Positions 29,497 through 38,297 of a stretch of DNA of 64,000 nucleotides are shown one piece after another. Position 1 is the stretch's first letter, and every line of letters begins with the position of its first letter. The notes beneath the pieces were generated by a model. It had not been told where the DNA came from, searched no databases, and saw only the letters and a program-made list of their open reading frames with translations. A program made the translations under genes and the position numbers. The stretch comes from Bacilli bacterium (GTDB taxonomy: Bacteria; Bacillota_I; Bacilli_A; RF39; UBA660): positions 170,483-234,482 of the forward strand of contig JAFSFI010000010.1 of the NCBI GenBank assembly GCA_017435255.1, read 5' to 3'.

Positions 29497-31296
29497 TTGA
29501 TAACAAAGGGGCAAAAAATTAACGATAGATATGAAATTATTAAAAGTATTGGCGAAGGTGGTATGGCTAATGTCTATCTAGCAAGAGATGTTATTCTAGA
29601 TAGACGAGTTGCAATAAAGATTTTAAGAGGAGATCTTGCTAATGATGATAAGTTTATTAGAAGGTTTCAAAGAGAAGCTTTATCAGCGTCATCACTATCT
29701 CATCCTAATATTGTAGAAATGTATGATGTAGGAGAAGATAATGGTAATTATTATATAGTAATGGAATTTGTTGAAGGTAAAACTTTAAAACAATATATGA
29801 AAAAAAGAACAAATGGCCATCTTACTATTAGTGAAGCTGTTGATATAATGTTACAACTTACTGATGGAATTTCACACGCTCATGATAGTTACATTATTCA
29901 TAGGGATTTAAAGCCACAAAACATCATGATTCAAGACGATGGGAAAATTAAAATAACCGATTTTGGTATTGCGATGGCACTTAATTCTACACAGTTAACA
30001 CAAACCAATTCTGTAATGGGAAGTGTACATTATTTACCGCCAGAACAAGCAACTGGAAAAGGTTCTACAATAAAATGCGATATTTACTCGATGGGAATTC
30101 TTTTCTATGAACTTTTAACAGGGATGTTACCTTTTAAGGGGGAAAATGCTGTAGAAATTGCTTTAAAACACATGAAAGAGCCTCTTCCAAGTGTTAGAAA
30201 ACATAATCCTAGCATCCCACAAAGTGTAGAAAATATTATTTTGAAATCAACTGCTAAGAATCCTAAAAATAGATATAACGATGTAAAAGAAATGCATAAT
30301 GATTTGAAAAGAGCTTTGGATCCAGATGTTCTTGAACAAAAGAAATATGTTTATCCACACCCTGAACTTGAACTTGATGACACTAAACCGATGAAAGCAA
30401 TAAAAAAAGAAAAAAAAGAAGAAACTGTTAAAGATGAGGATAATATAGAAGATACTGGTGACTTTGTTAAAGAAATAACTAACGAAAAGGACAAGAAATT
30501 TAATATTGTTATATGGGTTTTATCCATAATATTATTTCTTATAATTGGAGGAATGTGTTTTGTATTTTTTGTTTTACCATCTATGACCGCTGTACCTAAT
30601 ATAACGGTACCCGATGTATCGGGATTAAGTGTTGTAGACGCTGAGGATTTATTAATTCAAAAAGGGTTTACGGTTGCTGATGAAACGGAAAAAGTAGCAA
30701 GTGAGGAATTTGATGCTGGGGAAGTAATAAAGACTAGTCCTAGAAAAGGAAGTACTAGAAAAAAAGGAACTAAGATTACTTTATACGAATCAATTGGTAG
30801 TGAAGTATTTGAATTAGAAGATTATGTTGGCAAAAATTATATAGAAGTTCAAACTTTATTAACAAATGTATATGGATTAAGTGTAAAAATTGAACCAAAA
30901 GAAATAGAAATTACTGATGATACAGATGAACAAGCAATTATTGAGCAAAGTATTCCTGCGGGAACAGAAGTAAAAAAAGGTGATGAAATAATTCTTTATA
31001 TTCCGGAGATAGTAGATGAATATCCGGACTTTATAGGAGAAGAATGGACTGTTGCTGATGTTCAGGCATTTTGTGAAAAGAATAATATTAAACTAGATGT
31101 GAAAGAAGTAGAAACAAATGAATACGCACCTGGAAAGATTTTCTATCAATCTAGAACCGGAAGAATTGTATCTGGAGTTACATTGACAATAAAGGTTGCC
31201 AAAGAAATATCTTTACCACCTGAAATTAATCCAGGACCAACAGAAGGAGATAATAACAATTCTACAACAGATACTGATAACAATGAAGATAATTAA
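29497..31296 (+). CDS. prkC: PASTA-domain Ser/Thr kinase
   Basis: GEGGMANVY, HRDLKPQN, DFGIA; TM; PASTA repeats (VPDVSG...). Confidence 0.95.
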   Translation: MITKGQKINDRYEIIKSIGEGGMANVYLARDVILDRRVAIKILRGDLANDDKFIRRFQREALSASSLSHPNIVEMYDVGEDNGNYYIVMEFVEGKTLKQYMKKRTNGHLTISEAVDIMLQLTDGISHAHDSYIIHRDLKPQNIMIQDDGKIKITDFGIAMALNSTQLTQTNSVMGSVHYLPPEQATGKGSTIKCDIYSMGILFYELLTGMLPFKGENAVEIALKHMKEPLPSVRKHNPSIPQSVENIILKSTAKNPKNRYNDVKEMHNDLKRALDPDVLEQKKYVYPHPELELDDTKPMKAIKKEKKEETVKDEDNIEDTGDFVKEITNEKDKKFNIVIWVLSIILFLIIGGMCFVFFVLPSMTAVPNITVPDVSGLSVVDAEDLLIQKGFTVADETEKVASEEFDAGEVIKTSPRKGSTRKKGTKITLYESIGSEVFELEDYVGKNYIEVQTLLTNVYGLSVKIEPKEIEITDDTDEQAIIEQSIPAGTEVKKGDEIILYIPEIVDEYPDFIGEEWTVADVQAFCEKNNIKLDVKEVETNEYAPGKIFYQSRTGRIVSGVTLTIKVAKEISLPPEINPGPTEGDNNNSTTDTDNNEDN

Positions 31297-31313
31297 AAAA
31301 TAATGGGGGGTTT

Positions 31314-32141
31314 ATGCAAGGACAAATAGTTAAAATACTTAGTAATTTATATACAGTAAATAATGATGGTAATCTTTATGAATGTCATAGTAGAGGTAAA
31401 TTTAGAAATAATAAAATAACTCCTATGGTAGGAGATTTTGTAAAATTTGATGCCGAAAACAAATATATATTAGAAATATTACCAAGACTAAATCAACTAG
31501 AACGTCCATTAGTTAGTAATGTTGATCAGGGATTAATAGTAACTAGCTTGAAAGGCCCTGATTTTTCTACTAATTTGTTAGATAAACTTTTAGTTGTGAT
31601 GGAATATCATAAAATAAAACCAATTATATGTTTAACAAAAAGTGATTTACTAAATAATAAAGAAAAAAAGGAAATCAAAAAATATGTTAAATATTATAAA
31701 TCTTTAGGATATAAAGTTTTATATAATACAAATTTATTTAGAATAAAAAGATTATTTAAAGGGCATACCACTGTTTTTACTGGACAAAGTGGAGCTGGTA
31801 AAAGTACATTAATTAATATGCTTGATAAAAAATTGAACTTAGAAACAGGGGAAATATCTAAAGCTTTAGGTAGAGGAAGACATACTACCAGGTTTGTTCA
31901 ATTAATTGAACTTTATGGTGGCAAAGTAGTAGATACTCCAGGGTTTTCTATGATTGAATTTAATGGTATGACTAAAGAAGATATTAGAGATTCATTTATT
32001 GAATTCAAAAAATATCCATGTCCTTTTAAGGATTGCATGCACCTAACAGAAAAAGAGTGTAGGGTAAAAAAGGAAGTAAAAAACAATAACATTTTAGAAT
32101 CGCGTTATGAAGATTATAAAAAATTCATGGATGGTAGGTGA
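31314..32141 (+). CDS. rsgA: Ribosome small subunit-dependent GTPase
   Basis: TKSD, GQSGAGKS, GRHTTR, DTPG, CPFKDCMH zinc finger. Confidence 0.95.
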   Translation: MQGQIVKILSNLYTVNNDGNLYECHSRGKFRNNKITPMVGDFVKFDAENKYILEILPRLNQLERPLVSNVDQGLIVTSLKGPDFSTNLLDKLLVVMEYHKIKPIICLTKSDLLNNKEKKEIKKYVKYYKSLGYKVLYNTNLFRIKRLFKGHTTVFTGQSGAGKSTLINMLDKKLNLETGEISKALGRGRHTTRFVQLIELYGGKVVDTPGFSMIEFNGMTKEDIRDSFIEFKKYPCPFKDCMHLTEKECRVKKEVKNNNILESRYEDYKKFMDGR

Positions 32142-32145
32142 TAAT

Positions 32146-32772
32146 ATGAAAATAGCAGTTTCTTGTTTAAATAGTAGAGATATACCTACTGATTTGAGGA
32201 AAATAAGTGTAACCGACGTTGATTACATCCATGTTGATGTTATGGATGGTAAATTTGTAAAAAATAAGACTATATCATTTAGTGAGATGAAAGAAATACA
32301 TAGATATACTCACAAAAGACTAGATGTTCATCTTATGGTTAAAAACCCAATCAAATTTATACATGATTATGCTACATTAAATACAGAATATATTACTGTT
32401 CATTTAGAAACAAAAAATGTTTATAAAGCATTAGAGTTGATAGAAGAATATGGAATAAAAAAAGGAATATCTATTAAACCAAATACGCCATTAGATGATT
32501 TGGAACCATATTTAGATTGTGTAGATTTGATTTTAGTTATGTCTGTAGAACCTGGAAAAGGTGGACAAGAATTTATTCCTTCTACTATAGAAAGAATAAA
32601 AGAATTAAGAAAAAAACTAAAAAAACATAATTCTAAAGCAATTATAAGTGTTGATGGTGGAATTAATGATGTTGTAGCAAAGAAATTAAAAGATGTAGAT
32701 TTACTAGTAAGCGGAAGTTATGTAATAAATGGTGATGATTATCAAGAACAAATTAGTAAATTAAGGAAATAA
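32146..32772 (+). CDS. rpe: Ribulose-phosphate 3-epimerase
   Basis: HVDVMDG, DVHLMV, MSVEPG, VDGGIN. Confidence 0.95.
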   Translation: MKIAVSCLNSRDIPTDLRKISVTDVDYIHVDVMDGKFVKNKTISFSEMKEIHRYTHKRLDVHLMVKNPIKFIHDYATLNTEYITVHLETKNVYKALELIEEYGIKKGISIKPNTPLDDLEPYLDCVDLILVMSVEPGKGGQEFIPSTIERIKELRKKLKKHNSKAIISVDGGINDVVAKKLKDVDLLVSGSYVINGDDYQEQISKLRK

Positions 32773-32819
32773 GTGGTAATCACACTTTTTTTTTGTTATA
32801 ATTTTATATGGTGATAAAA

Positions 32820-33950
32820 ATGGTATATTTAGATTATTCTGCAACTACTCCAACGAGTGATGAGGTATTAGATACATTCGTAAAAGTATCAAAAAGATTT
32901 GTTGGAAATCCTAATTCCTTACATAAATTAGGTGTAGAGTCTCGTGAATTAATTGATGCATCTACAAAACAAATTGCAGAAATATTAAAAGTAGATCCTA
33001 AAGAAATTATTTATACTAGTGGTGCTAGTGAATCCAATAATATGGCTATTAAGGGTATATGTCTGCAATACCAAAATAGAGGGAAACATATAATTACAAC
33101 TAATTTTGAACATTCTTCAGTATATGGTCCAATTAGTTATTTACAGTCTATAGGGTTTGAAGTTGATTTTGTAAAAACAGATGAATTTGGTATAGTTGAT
33201 TTAGATGATTTAAAAAAATTACTTAGAGATGATACAATTTTAGTATCTATTACTGCAGTAAATAGTGAGATTGGCATTATAGAGCCTATTGAAGAAATAG
33301 GTAAAATTTTAAAAGAATATCCTAAATGTTTCTTTCATTGTGATGTAACTCAAATAATAGGAAAAAAAGAAATTAATTTAGAAAACATAGATTTAGCCAG
33401 TTTTTCTGCTCATAAGATTTTTGGGATTAAAGGTATAGGTTGTTTAATAAAAAAAGAGAAGATAAGTATAACACCTTTAATACATGGCGGAAAAAGTACT
33501 ACAATTTATAGAAGTGGAACACCACAAGTAGCGTTAATCGCATCACTTGCTAAAACACTTAGACTTGCAAATGAAGATTTAGAGGCTAATTACTTATATG
33601 TATCAAAATTAAATTCTAAGATAAAAAATGAATTGTCTAAATATCAAAACGTTCATATTAATAGTAACGACAAATGTTTACCATATATTTTGAATTTAAG
33701 TATACCTGGTATAAAACCAGAGACTATGTTACACGCATTAGAAGAAAAAGATATATATATTTCAACTCAAACTGCTTGTGCATCTAATGATAGTTATTCC
33801 AAAGCTGTATATAGTTTGACAAATGATAAGGACTTAGCATCAAGTAGTATTAGAATTAGTATATCTTATATTACTACTTTAGAAGAAATAGATATTTTTA
33901 TAAAAGAGTTTATTGATTGTGTAAATAAACTAACTCTAAGAGGTGAATAA
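32820..33950 (+). CDS. Group I cysteine desulfurase (IscS/NifZ-like)
   Basis: YLDYSATT, GNPNSLH, SAHKIFG, RSGT, TACAS. Confidence 0.9.
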   Translation: MVYLDYSATTPTSDEVLDTFVKVSKRFVGNPNSLHKLGVESRELIDASTKQIAEILKVDPKEIIYTSGASESNNMAIKGICLQYQNRGKHIITTNFEHSSVYGPISYLQSIGFEVDFVKTDEFGIVDLDDLKKLLRDDTILVSITAVNSEIGIIEPIEEIGKILKEYPKCFFHCDVTQIIGKKEINLENIDLASFSAHKIFGIKGIGCLIKKEKISITPLIHGGKSTTIYRSGTPQVALIASLAKTLRLANEDLEANYLYVSKLNSKIKNELSKYQNVHINSNDKCLPYILNLSIPGIKPETMLHALEEKDIYISTQTACASNDSYSKAVYSLTNDKDLASSSIRISISYITTLEEIDIFIKEFIDCVNKLTLRGE

Positions 33951-34210
33951 TGAAAATAATAAGAATTAATGCTATGTGGTGTGGTGGTTGTTTATCAATG
34001 CATAAAATTTGGGATAAAATAAGTAAGGAATATCCTAATATAGAGATAATAAATTATGATTATGATATGGATGAGGACATAGTAAAAGAATACAATGTAG
34101 GTACATTATTACCAGTAGCAATATTTTTTGATAAAGAAGAGGAAGTAGCTAGATTAAACGGTGAAAAAACTTTTGAAGAAATTAAAGAAACAATTAATAA
34201 TTACAAGTAG
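33950..34210 (+). CDS. Thioredoxin-like protein
   Basis: WCGGC active site; LP cis-Pro; start overlaps the upstream stop codon. Confidence 0.85.
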   Translation: MKIIRINAMWCGGCLSMHKIWDKISKEYPNIEIINYDYDMDEDIVKEYNVGTLLPVAIFFDKEEEVARLNGEKTFEEIKETINNYK

Positions 34211-34218
34211 GTGTTAAT

Positions 34219-35436
34219 GTGAAAAAGATTTTAATATTTTTAATATCAATATTTATGATTTTACCAATAATGGTAAATGCCGATACAAAAGAAATTGATA
34301 TTCATTTGTTTTACTCTAGTACTTGTCCACATTGTAGCAAAGAAAAAGAGTTCCTAAAAGAACTAGTAAAAGATGATCCTAGTATAAAAGTACATTTATA
34401 TCAAATAAATGGAAAAGAAAATATAGAGAACAGTGAACTTTTAGAAAAGATTCAAAAATTAATTGATGGAGAAACCCCCTATATTCCTTATACTGTTATT
34501 GGAAAAGAATATAGAGTAGGGTTTAGTGATGCTACTAAAGTTGAAATAGAAAGCATTATAAAAGCCTATAAGCAAGACGGATATATTGACATTGTTGGAG
34601 GAATTATAAAAGGTGAAATAAATGAAAATAATATCAATGAATATTTGACTAATTCACATGTTGAAATAGAAATGCCCGAGGATATTCCGCTTAAGATTTT
34701 TGGTAAAGAAATAAGTTTAAAGGGTTTAAGTTTGCCTATAATAGCAATTTTAATAGGACTAGTAGATGGTTTTAATCCGTGCGCTATGTGGATACTTTTA
34801 TTTTTGATAGGCATGCTATTAGGAATGAAAGATAGAAAAAAAATGTGGTATTTAGGTTCGCTGTTTATTGTTACTAGTGCTGGTGTCTATCTTTTATTTA
34901 TGTTAGCTTGGTTAAATATAATAAAAGATTTTGTAGCGGTAAGACCAATTCAAATAATCATAGCCTTAGTAGCACTACTTGGCGCAATATTGAATTTAAG
35001 AAGTTATATCAAGGAAAAAACAAAAGATAATGGTTGTCAAATTGTTGATGATAAAAAAAGAAAAAAAATATTTTCTAAAATCAAAAAATTCACAAGCGAA
35101 AAGAGTTTGTTATTAGCAAGCATTGGAATCATAACATTAGCTATTTCCGTAAATGTAGTAGAATTAGCTTGTTCTGCTGGACTACCAGCGTTATTTACAA
35201 ATATTTTAGCAATTAATCAAGTAAGTATGACTATGTCTAATTTTTATATACTTCTTTATATATTGTTCTTCATGTTGGATGATTTAATTGTGTTTATTGT
35301 GGCGATGATAACTTTAAAAGTTACTGGAATTACTACTAAATATACAAAGTATACCCATTTAATTGGTGGAATAATTATGTTATTAATTGGGATATTATTA
35401 ATATTTAAGCCAGAGTGGATAATGTTTAATTTTTAA
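34219..35436 (+). CDS. Exported glutaredoxin domain fused to a CcdA/DsbD-like membrane domain
   Basis: Signal peptide, CPHC, DGFNPCAMW, VELACSAG, multiple TM helices. Confidence 0.8.
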   Translation: MKKILIFLISIFMILPIMVNADTKEIDIHLFYSSTCPHCSKEKEFLKELVKDDPSIKVHLYQINGKENIENSELLEKIQKLIDGETPYIPYTVIGKEYRVGFSDATKVEIESIIKAYKQDGYIDIVGGIIKGEINENNINEYLTNSHVEIEMPEDIPLKIFGKEISLKGLSLPIIAILIGLVDGFNPCAMWILLFLIGMLLGMKDRKKMWYLGSLFIVTSAGVYLLFMLAWLNIIKDFVAVRPIQIIIALVALLGAILNLRSYIKEKTKDNGCQIVDDKKRKKIFSKIKKFTSEKSLLLASIGIITLAISVNVVELACSAGLPALFTNILAINQVSMTMSNFYILLYILFFMLDDLIVFIVAMITLKVTGITTKYTKYTHLIGGIIMLLIGILLIFKPEWIMFNF

Positions 35437-35510
35437 AGAACAAGAAATTGTTCTTTTTTTTAAAAGTAAGTGTTATAATTTTATTATAGTCAATAATAAG
35501 GAGTGAAAGT

Positions 35511-36359
35511 ATGAATAAAAAGAAAGCAATAACAATTGTTGTGTTAGTGGTTGTAGTATTATCACTAATAATAGGTGGAATTTTTATTTTTAACAAACCT
35601 AAAAAAGAAAATAATAATTCTGGTGATGCTGAATTAAAAGAAGAAGAAAACGTTAACTCTGATGATATTGAATTAGTACCTCTAACAAAAAATACAAATG
35701 AATTATTAACTTTCGTTGAAGAAGGAGTTAATCAAGGTTTTATAGGAACATATGCGTTTGTAGTAACTTATTCGTTTGGGAGTGACGACATCACTAAAAC
35801 AATTAGTGTCTTAAAAAAGGATGGAAGCGTAGGAAATTTAGTTACTTTTGATTTAGAAGATAGAATAGAGGGTTGCTACTATAAAGAAGGAGTTTTTTAT
35901 ATAACTACTTTTGATAGTATATATTTTGTTGATATTAGAGAAGGAAATGGTAACTATTATTTGCAGAAGTCAGATGAAAATTTTGAATTAGACGAAGACT
36001 ATAAATTAGTTGGTGGCATTGAAAAAAGAGTAGAAATTAGCGATAATAATTGCATATATATTAATAGTGATGACTTTGTTTGCCAAGTACCTTCAAATAA
36101 TGATTCTGAATATATTATGCATTATTTAAGTGCAAATGTTGGGGATAAAGAAAGTTGGAACATTAAAGATGAAAATAAATCATTTTATCATGTAGGAATA
36201 TTATCTAATAATCAATTATTAATAGAAATACATGAAAATGGAAAAATAATTGGTGATACCGAATTAGCTGTTGTTGATTTAAATACAGGCAAAATTTTAA
36301 AAGACCAAAAACTAGATATAGAACATAAAGGCGGAATAGAAATATATTACATTGATTAA
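35511..36359 (+). CDS. Membrane-anchored hypothetical protein
   Basis: N-terminal TM; acidic beta-rich ectodomain. Confidence 0.65.
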   Translation: MNKKKAITIVVLVVVVLSLIIGGIFIFNKPKKENNNSGDAELKEEENVNSDDIELVPLTKNTNELLTFVEEGVNQGFIGTYAFVVTYSFGSDDITKTISVLKKDGSVGNLVTFDLEDRIEGCYYKEGVFYITTFDSIYFVDIREGNGNYYLQKSDENFELDEDYKLVGGIEKRVEISDNNCIYINSDDFVCQVPSNNDSEYIMHYLSANVGDKESWNIKDENKSFYHVGILSNNQLLIEIHENGKIIGDTELAVVDLNTGKILKDQKLDIEHKGGIEIYYID

Positions 36360-36386
36360 ATATTATTGTAATTAAAATCTGACTTG

Positions 36387-36415
36387 TTGCATATTTTATA
36401 GTGGTGTGTTAAACT
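36387..36415 (+). promoter_or_regulatory. SigA promoter giving a leader of about 105 nt
   Basis: TTGCAT-N17-TAAACT with TG extension. Confidence 0.65.
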
Positions 36416-36527
36416 TAAATTAGTGAATAGCTCACTGAACATGTATTTTAACTATTATTCTCTCTTAAATTTAAAGATAAGAGAATGGCTAAAGGAAGTT
36501 CTAATATTTAAGTTAAGGAGGGATAAA

Positions 36528-36704
36528 ATGACTGAATATCAAGATAAGACAATTAAATGTGTTGATTGCGGAACAGAATTTGTATTTACCGCAAGAGATC
36601 AAGCGTTCTATGCTGAAAAAGGTTTTACTAATGAACCAAAAAGATGTAAAGAATGTAGAGAAAAAAGAAAAGCAGAAAAAGCAAACAAAGAATCTAATAA
36701 CTAA
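36528..36704 (+). CDS. Zinc-ribbon protein (CxxC...CxxC, zf-trcl-like)
   Basis: AAGGAGG RBS; MTEYQDKTIKCVDCGTEFVFTARDQAFYAEKGFTNEPKRCKECR. Confidence 0.88.
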   Translation: MTEYQDKTIKCVDCGTEFVFTARDQAFYAEKGFTNEPKRCKECREKRKAEKANKESNN

Positions 36705-36778
36705 GAAAGACAAATAAGTCTTTTTTTTTCTTCGTTTTTATCATATAATATAAAGGAAATGTGGAAGGGAAGATTTAT

Positions 36779-38206
36779 ATGAACGATAAGCAAGTAAAGG
36801 AAATCACTAGTCGTGATGTAGATTTTGGAAAATGGTATACAGATGTATGTATGAAAGCAGATTTAGTAGATTATTCATCTGTAAAAGGGAGCATGATTAT
36901 TAGGCCTTATGGATATGCTATTTGGGAGAATATTCAAAGTGTGTTAGATAAAATGTTTAAAGATACAGGACACGAAAATATTCAAATGCCTATGTTTATA
37001 CCAGAGAGTTTATTAAATGTAGAAAAAGAACATGTAGAAGGTTTTGCTCCTGAAGTAGCATGGATTACACATGGTGGAAGTGAAAAATTAGATGAGAGAA
37101 TGTGTGTGCGTCCTACTAGTGAAGTTTTGTTCTGTGAACATTATGCAAAAATAATTAAATCTTATCGTGATTTACCAAAACTTTATAATCAATGGTGTAC
37201 AATTGTTAGATGGGAAAAAGAAACTAGACCATTCTTAAGAAGTAGAGAAATCCTTTGGCAAGAAGGACATACTATGCATGCAACAGAAGAAGAGGCAAAA
37301 GAAGAAACACTAAGAATGTTTAAAGTTTATGAAGATTTTCAAAAAAATTATTTAGCTCTTCCAGTAATTGTAGGTAAGAAAACAAATAAAGAAAAGTTTG
37401 CTGGTGCAGAAGAGACTTATACTTTAGAAGCCATGATGTATAATGGTGTAGCATTACAAAATGGTACTAGTCACTATTTTGGAAATCATTTTGCGAAAGC
37501 GTTTAATATCCAATTCTTGAATAAAGAAAATAAATTAGAAACCCCTTATCAAACATCTTGGGGAGTATCCACTAGAATGATTGGTTCTATTATAATGACT
37601 CATGGTGATGATAGAGGATTGGTGTTGCCTCCAAATATAGCACCAACTAAAGTAATTATTATTCCAATAGGAAATGATGAGAAAGTGTTGGAAGTATCAA
37701 ATAGTGTTAATAAACAATTAAAAGATAAAAATATAACTACTAAATTAGATAATAGGGATAAGACTCCAGGGTTTAGATTTGCCGAAGCTGAAGTAAAAGG
37801 ATATCCAATCAGAATAGAACTTGGTAAAAGAGATTTAGAAAACAATCAAGTGACATTAGTTAGACGTGATACATTAGAAAAAATTATAGTTAATATAGAA
37901 GACGTAGTAGAGAAAACACAAGAATTATTACAAAATATTCAGAATGATATGTATCAAAGAGCATTAACTAGAAGGGATTCCATGATATATGTTGCAAATG
38001 ATTATGATGAATTAAAAGAGATTGCAACTAATAAAAATGGATTTATTAAAGTAAACTGGTGCGGTAATGTAGAGTGTGAAAACAAAATAAAAGAAGATCT
38101 GGGTATCAAATCTAGATGTTTAATTGATGACGAAGAAGTAGATGGTCCTTGTGTATGTTGTGGTGATAAAGCGCATACAAAAATCTATTTCGGTAAACAA
38201 TATTAG
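36779..38206 (+). CDS. proS: Proline-tRNA ligase, archaeal/eukaryotic type
   Basis: RPTSE, QWCTIVRWE, WQEGHT, EKFAGA, QTSWGVSTR; C-terminal zinc motif ending ...KQY. Confidence 0.96.
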   Translation: MNDKQVKEITSRDVDFGKWYTDVCMKADLVDYSSVKGSMIIRPYGYAIWENIQSVLDKMFKDTGHENIQMPMFIPESLLNVEKEHVEGFAPEVAWITHGGSEKLDERMCVRPTSEVLFCEHYAKIIKSYRDLPKLYNQWCTIVRWEKETRPFLRSREILWQEGHTMHATEEEAKEETLRMFKVYEDFQKNYLALPVIVGKKTNKEKFAGAEETYTLEAMMYNGVALQNGTSHYFGNHFAKAFNIQFLNKENKLETPYQTSWGVSTRMIGSIIMTHGDDRGLVLPPNIAPTKVIIIPIGNDEKVLEVSNSVNKQLKDKNITTKLDNRDKTPGFRFAEAEVKGYPIRIELGKRDLENNQVTLVRRDTLEKIIVNIEDVVEKTQELLQNIQNDMYQRALTRRDSMIYVANDYDELKEIATNKNGFIKVNWCGNVECENKIKEDLGIKSRCLIDDEEVDGPCVCCGDKAHTKIYFGKQY

Positions 38207-38297
38207 TATAAGAAATTAACTTATTAAGTTAATTTTTTTTATTGCAATAAACAAGGAAAAAAGATATAATAAAATTATATAATTGGGGACTGATATT

